Origin: Bugula neritina
Taxonomy: Eukaryota > Animalia > Bryozoa
Direction of reading: 5' to 3'
Length of the DNA: 64,000 nucleotides
Assembly: GCA_964035545.1 (NCBI GenBank)
Contig: OZ037773.1
Span: 4,245,751 to 4,309,750 of the forward strand
Shown: in pieces, positions 56,861 to 64,000 of the stretch
Numbering within the stretch: position 1 is the stretch's first letter
How the letters are laid out: each line of letters starts with the position of its first letter
The notes under the pieces: generated by a model
What the model was told of the DNA's origin: nothing
The model's input: the letters and a program-made list of their open reading frames with translations, nothing else
Databases searched by the model: none
Program-made: the position numbers and the translations under genes

Positions 56861-57616
56861 TGTGTTCCTTCTTGTACAACTATGTTACTTTCTAGTCATA
56901 CAACCATTTTATGCTTGCGTGCTTTTATACTCATAATTGAGGTTTCCAGTCTAAAAATAGTTGAGATAAAATCTTAAATACTTATCCTAAATCAAGTGGT
57001 GGAGAAGAAATAATATAGATTAATAGCATCTGATTACTTAGAGCTAACAAGCACTTATCTGTCTAGTCATGCGCCAGTGTAGCACTTGCCAGATAACTGG
57101 TTGCCAAAATAGAGTAAGTTTCAATGTGAGTTATAAATTTCAGCAGTGTAATATCTGTGTAAATTGTATATTTACCATGCACCTTACCATCTCACAGGCT
57201 CTGATATAACTTTCAGACCACACTAAACTTAATACATGACTAAACGCAGCACAAGCTCCATATTATGTTATGTCTAGGTACGAGCGGTTAGAGCTGCTAG
57301 TTTATATGATCTTTTCAAACAAAGAGCTGATTCTTATCACTTATCATTTGGAAAGAGAATGAATAGCAGAATGTGCTGCAGACAAATCTAGTCATTTATT
57401 TATAGGATAAAACTGTATTTAAATAATTTTTTAATTAGTCTGATGCAAATGGCAATTATAATTATTGATCATATTGTTTGTTGTAGAACTTAGAGTCTAA
57501 TTGTTGTAAGCATTATCGATCTTGAAATCAATAGATATATTATATATATAGTACAATTAATGTAATACGTAATGTCTGTGGTGTCTGTATCAGAACGCTT
57601 GTAACTGGTTACTGAT

Positions 57617-57862
<246 letters not shown>

Positions 57863-57909
57863 TCTGTGTACAGCAGCTGTTTCGAGATTTGCCCCCTCAT
57901 CAGCACAGA
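57863..57909 (-). ncRNA. Minimal type I hammerhead ribozyme
   Basis: Minus-strand RNA reads UCUGUG-CUGAUGA-GGGG gcaaa UCUC-GAA-ACAGC u GCUGU-A-CACAGA. The core CUGAUGA/GAAA/GUA is intact and stems I, II and III all pair. Confidence 0.88.
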
Positions 57910-58134
57910 ACAGAGTACCATGGCTCATACAGTGGCAATAGTAGAAACTTATAGTTTTACTAAAGCATATTTAAAAGGTGTGCAAAACTAAGCCGGAGAG
58001 CTCAGTGACTCTAGGGGTCACCTAGGAGTCACAAGCCTTGCTAAATGCTAGCAGCTTGAGTTTGTGACCATGGTGAGAGTGCTCAATCACTTAGTGCCAT
58101 TGCTAAGCATTAAATAAGAGCATAAGATCTTAAT

Positions 58135-58180
58135 TTGTGTAAAGCAGCTGTTTTGGGATTTGTCCCCTCATCAGCACAGA
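58135..58180 (-). ncRNA. Second, degenerate hammerhead copy
   Basis: CUGUG-CUGAUGA-GGGG acaaa UCCC-AAAA-CAGC u GCUUUA-CACAA. GAAA is mutated to AAAA and stem III has a mismatch. Confidence 0.7.
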
Positions 58181-59891
58181 ACAGAGTACCATGGCCCACA
58201 CCTTCGCGATAGTAGAAACTTATAGTTTTACTAAAGCATATTTAAAATGTGTGTAAAACCAAGTCAGATAGCTTAAATGGCTCTAAGGGTCACCTAGGAG
58301 TCACGAGCATGTGTGAAATTTATGAACTTCGATCAATATTGTAACACGATATTATAGCAGGTGAAAGGTGAGTATTTGCAGAGAGAAAAAGGAAAAAGAA
58401 ATAGTTATAAATTGATATGGAAAAGATAATAATATGGTACCATATATAGAGTAGTATTATATAACAAGTCATATTACATAGTCTGAGTGATGGTGTGCTA
58501 TAGCCCAAAACAGTTCACATTAGGTAGATGATGTGAGCATGTTAAGAGAAATCAAATTTTATTTTGACGGATTCGGAGTTGTTCATCGATATTTTAATAA
58601 GAGTTTATTTAAAAAAGTGGTATTTGATAAGATGCACCTTTTGTTCAGTATAAATAATGAATACTATAACACATGCAATAGGTGTTTAGATATGCATGTT
58701 TGCGATGTGTGCTAGCATACACAATTCTTACTTAAAAAGGTGATATTCAGTTTATCTCTAAATACTGCATGTTTTAAGACAAAAGCTGATATAATGTATT
58801 ATTCTAGAAGGATGCAGGGTTCGGTTTAAATCATGAAGATCAATCTGCAAACTTTCAAATTCCTACTGTACATAAGTATCTGTATATAACATATAACTTG
58901 AATTTGTGCTTCTTAACCAATGCCATAGATCCTTGTCATAAATTATTTCGCTCTTAATTTCCTTTTTATTTTTTACCAAATATAACAAAAAAAACAATCA
59001 AACTAGGTACTATGTAAGTGTAAATCTGCATATATGTCTTTTTATTTTTGATCTAATATAAATGAATAATTGTGGTCTACATGAAACTGCAAGAGATTTA
59101 GAGTCAACAGCAGAAATCACTTCATTTTTGCGAATGGAACTCTGAAGGCTGATAATGAGAGTTTATTGGCACCTTTCTAATATGAATCTAACGCAATCCT
59201 TAAATAGGTGAACAAGAGAAGACAACTCTGACAGTTGAAAGAGATTAAGTTAAAACTTTGTAACCCCTACCACCTAACTTCTTACAAAATTGTGCTCAGA
59301 CTTATCACCCATACAATACTTAGTTGTTAACTAGGCTATGTAATTTTACCTAACCCAATTTAATTAGCAAAGGTAAATCAGCTTTTCATGGGCATGGATG
59401 GAGTCCAGTGTTGAATAGTTAGAGTAAAGTGAGTGCATGAATACTGTTATAGCAGAACCATATCCTTATATAATATAATCACATTATATAAGGACTTTAA
59501 CAAAATTGATCGTTTTAATAAGATATGTTTGTGCTAGCACAATAGTATACCTTTCATATTGTTTTGCAATTTTATTAACTAAAGGTTTGTTTTCATGTTT
59601 TTGTATTCTTACTTAGGCCTACTAGCTTACTTCTTTACAAACTTTTGTTCTCCTGTTTGGCCACAACGGTTTGTTATGTAATAAGGGTTGTTGACTATTC
59701 ACAAAAATTATTTTAGCGTTGCTAAGCTATGTATCTTGCCTTATATGGGTGTTAGAAGCCTTATGTTTTATATGGATATTAGAAGGGTTTTGTACAAGTA
59801 GGTTGTTTCTATGAAATATATTATGTCTATGAACTGTAGGCTATATAAAACTCTAGTTTCTATGCATTATACTGTTTTTGTTTATGTTAAG

Positions 59892-59950
59892 CAACGGTTC
59901 CCAACCTGTGGGGAATTTCCCTGTTGGGGAATTTCCCTGTTGGGGAAATT
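59892..59950. mobile_element. hAT-like TIR remnant with internal 16-bp repeat
   Basis: CAACGGTTCCCAACCTGTGGGG resembles hAT ends, and CCTGTTGGGGAATTTC is repeated. The partner end was not found. Confidence 0.4.
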
Positions 59951-61023
59951 TGAGCTTTTCAGATGAGGGATTTCAAATTTCTAAAACTATTTGCGCAGTT
60001 TGTTACTGCTGTTTAAGTGTTGCCATGTTTGCCAAGTTGCATTTACATATACATATATAACCCTTTCACCTATGTGTCTGCATGACACTTTACGATCTAC
60101 GTCTGCTTCTACATGCATACATGTTTTTTAATTACTTTACCCCATAACTGCTACTTGCGTTAATTGAATGGAAATTGAAAAATTCATTGAAAACAAAAAC
60201 CAACAGAAACTTTAAGCAATCATAATGCAAGCTGATCCCAATCAGCAATATACTTCATGTACCTATATTAAATAATATATTTGCTATACTAAATATTCTG
60301 AACCTATGAAAATTCATAGTACACTGATTATACATCATTGCTGTTCATATAGCAGCATTACAGCTTGTAAAGATAAACTGAAGTTGCAAGTTGCATCAGA
60401 CACGCCCATATAAAAGATGTGGTGCCTTTCCCCATTCTATGTAGAGTAAGTAATGTTTAATATAATATAATATAGAATATATGGTACAATGTGCAATATA
60501 TGAAGTATAATAATATAGTATATAGAGTATAATCTATAGTGCACAGTATGGAATATAGAGTATATAGTATATACTCTATATATTATATACTCTATACTTT
60601 AGAGCATAGAGAATATAGTATAATATATACTGTAAAGTATATTGAGTTTGTAGTATGAAGCGATAGTTTGAGCTAATATTGCATAAACAAGTAACGGTCT
60701 ATTATGTATCGAAGAATCTTCATTGCTATATATTTAAAACTTTAAATTCGCAATCAACAAGTAGTATGGCACATGAAAACTGAAATAAATATCAATTTCA
60801 TTATACTTAATTGTTATGCATGCATAAAAAGAGCTCACAATCACAGCAAAAGCACATCTATTTACTTATGCTAATAATATAGTTATATAATATAAGACCA
60901 ATAAGAACTATCAAATTGTTGTACACGAAAGCATACCTTCGACCAAGCAGGTAAAGTCGTTCAATGAGCAGTCAGCGTGTTACAAGTAATTTATAAGTTA
61001 ATACGAGAAACTGGTTGAACCAT

Positions 61024-63521
<2,498 letters not shown>

Positions 63522-63813
63522 TATTGAACATTTGGAATATTTTTTACATTTTATAAGTTAGTTACAGGTATTATCTGGAAAGTAGAGAGGTAATACTGGT
63601 CCCCTTGTGTAATGCTTTATATTTTATAGCTGTAGTTTATTAGCTAATAATAGTAAACAATAGTTTTCTCTCCATGGAGAACCAACAAACGCTGATAATC
63701 TCATTGGTTATTAGTAAACAATAGGTTTCTCTCCAATAAACCAGTTACATTGCTCACCTTTTTATCGAGTGGCGGAATCAGTTATTTAATGGCGTTTTGA
63801 TTCGCCCACATAA

Positions 63814-64000
63814 ATGCTTTCACTCCATGCTCAACAATGACATTCAGCAATTGAGCTCTCTCACCATGGTCACAAATTCAAGCTGTAAGCATTATGCAAG
63901 ACTTGTGACTCCTATAGAGCGTTACTTGAGCTCTCTGGTTTTACACACCTTTTAAGTATGCTTCAATAGAAACATAAGTTTTTTCTACTTCGAAGGTGTA
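63814..64000 (+). mobile_element. Third, diverged copy of the hammerhead-associated repeat, truncated by the window end
   Basis: Matches the reverse complement of ~57935-58120 (CTCTCACCATGGTCACAAA.TCAAGCTG...CTTGTGACTCCTA...CACACCTTTTAA.TATGCTT). Confidence 0.75.

Larger units (their letters stand above)
57863..58305 (-). mobile_element. Retrozyme-like / Penelope-terminal-repeat-like element: ~1.6 tandem units of 271 nt delimited by hammerheads
   Basis: 57864-58035 is repeated at 58135-58305 (offset 271) and each copy contains a hammerhead motif. A related copy lies at 63814-64000. Confidence 0.8.

Overview
AT-rich, intron-rich animal genomic DNA, probably from a lophotrochozoan invertebrate (inferred from an 8-Cys insulin-like peptide and a conoporin-type actinoporin). 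Positions ~5-41 kb hold a 42-coding-exon myosin V gene (+), with a small 3CxxC zinc-finger gene nested antisense in one intron. Next is a 6-exon unrecognised gene (41661-52217, +) encoding a ComEA-type helix-hairpin-helix protein that ends in a CaaX box (CIIL). Its third intron carries a hAT relic and a foldback element interrupted by an intact, very recent Ty3/Gypsy LTR retrotransposon (LTRs identical by eye, 5-bp TSD, -1 frameshift signal, no tRNA-type PBS). Downstream are a solitary H2B/H2A/H4/H3 quartet, a 3-exon 8-cysteine insulin-like peptide gene (-), a 271-nt tandem repeat carrying minimal type I hammerhead ribozymes (retrozyme/Penelope-like), and a 3-exon gene for a secreted actinoporin-like protein with a Gly/Pro linker and a GPI-anchor-like tail (-). 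Several MITEs, a SINE family, microsatellites and splice-site-seeded minisatellites are also present. All gene models were assembled by eye from splice signals and reading phase and need RNA-seq confirmation.
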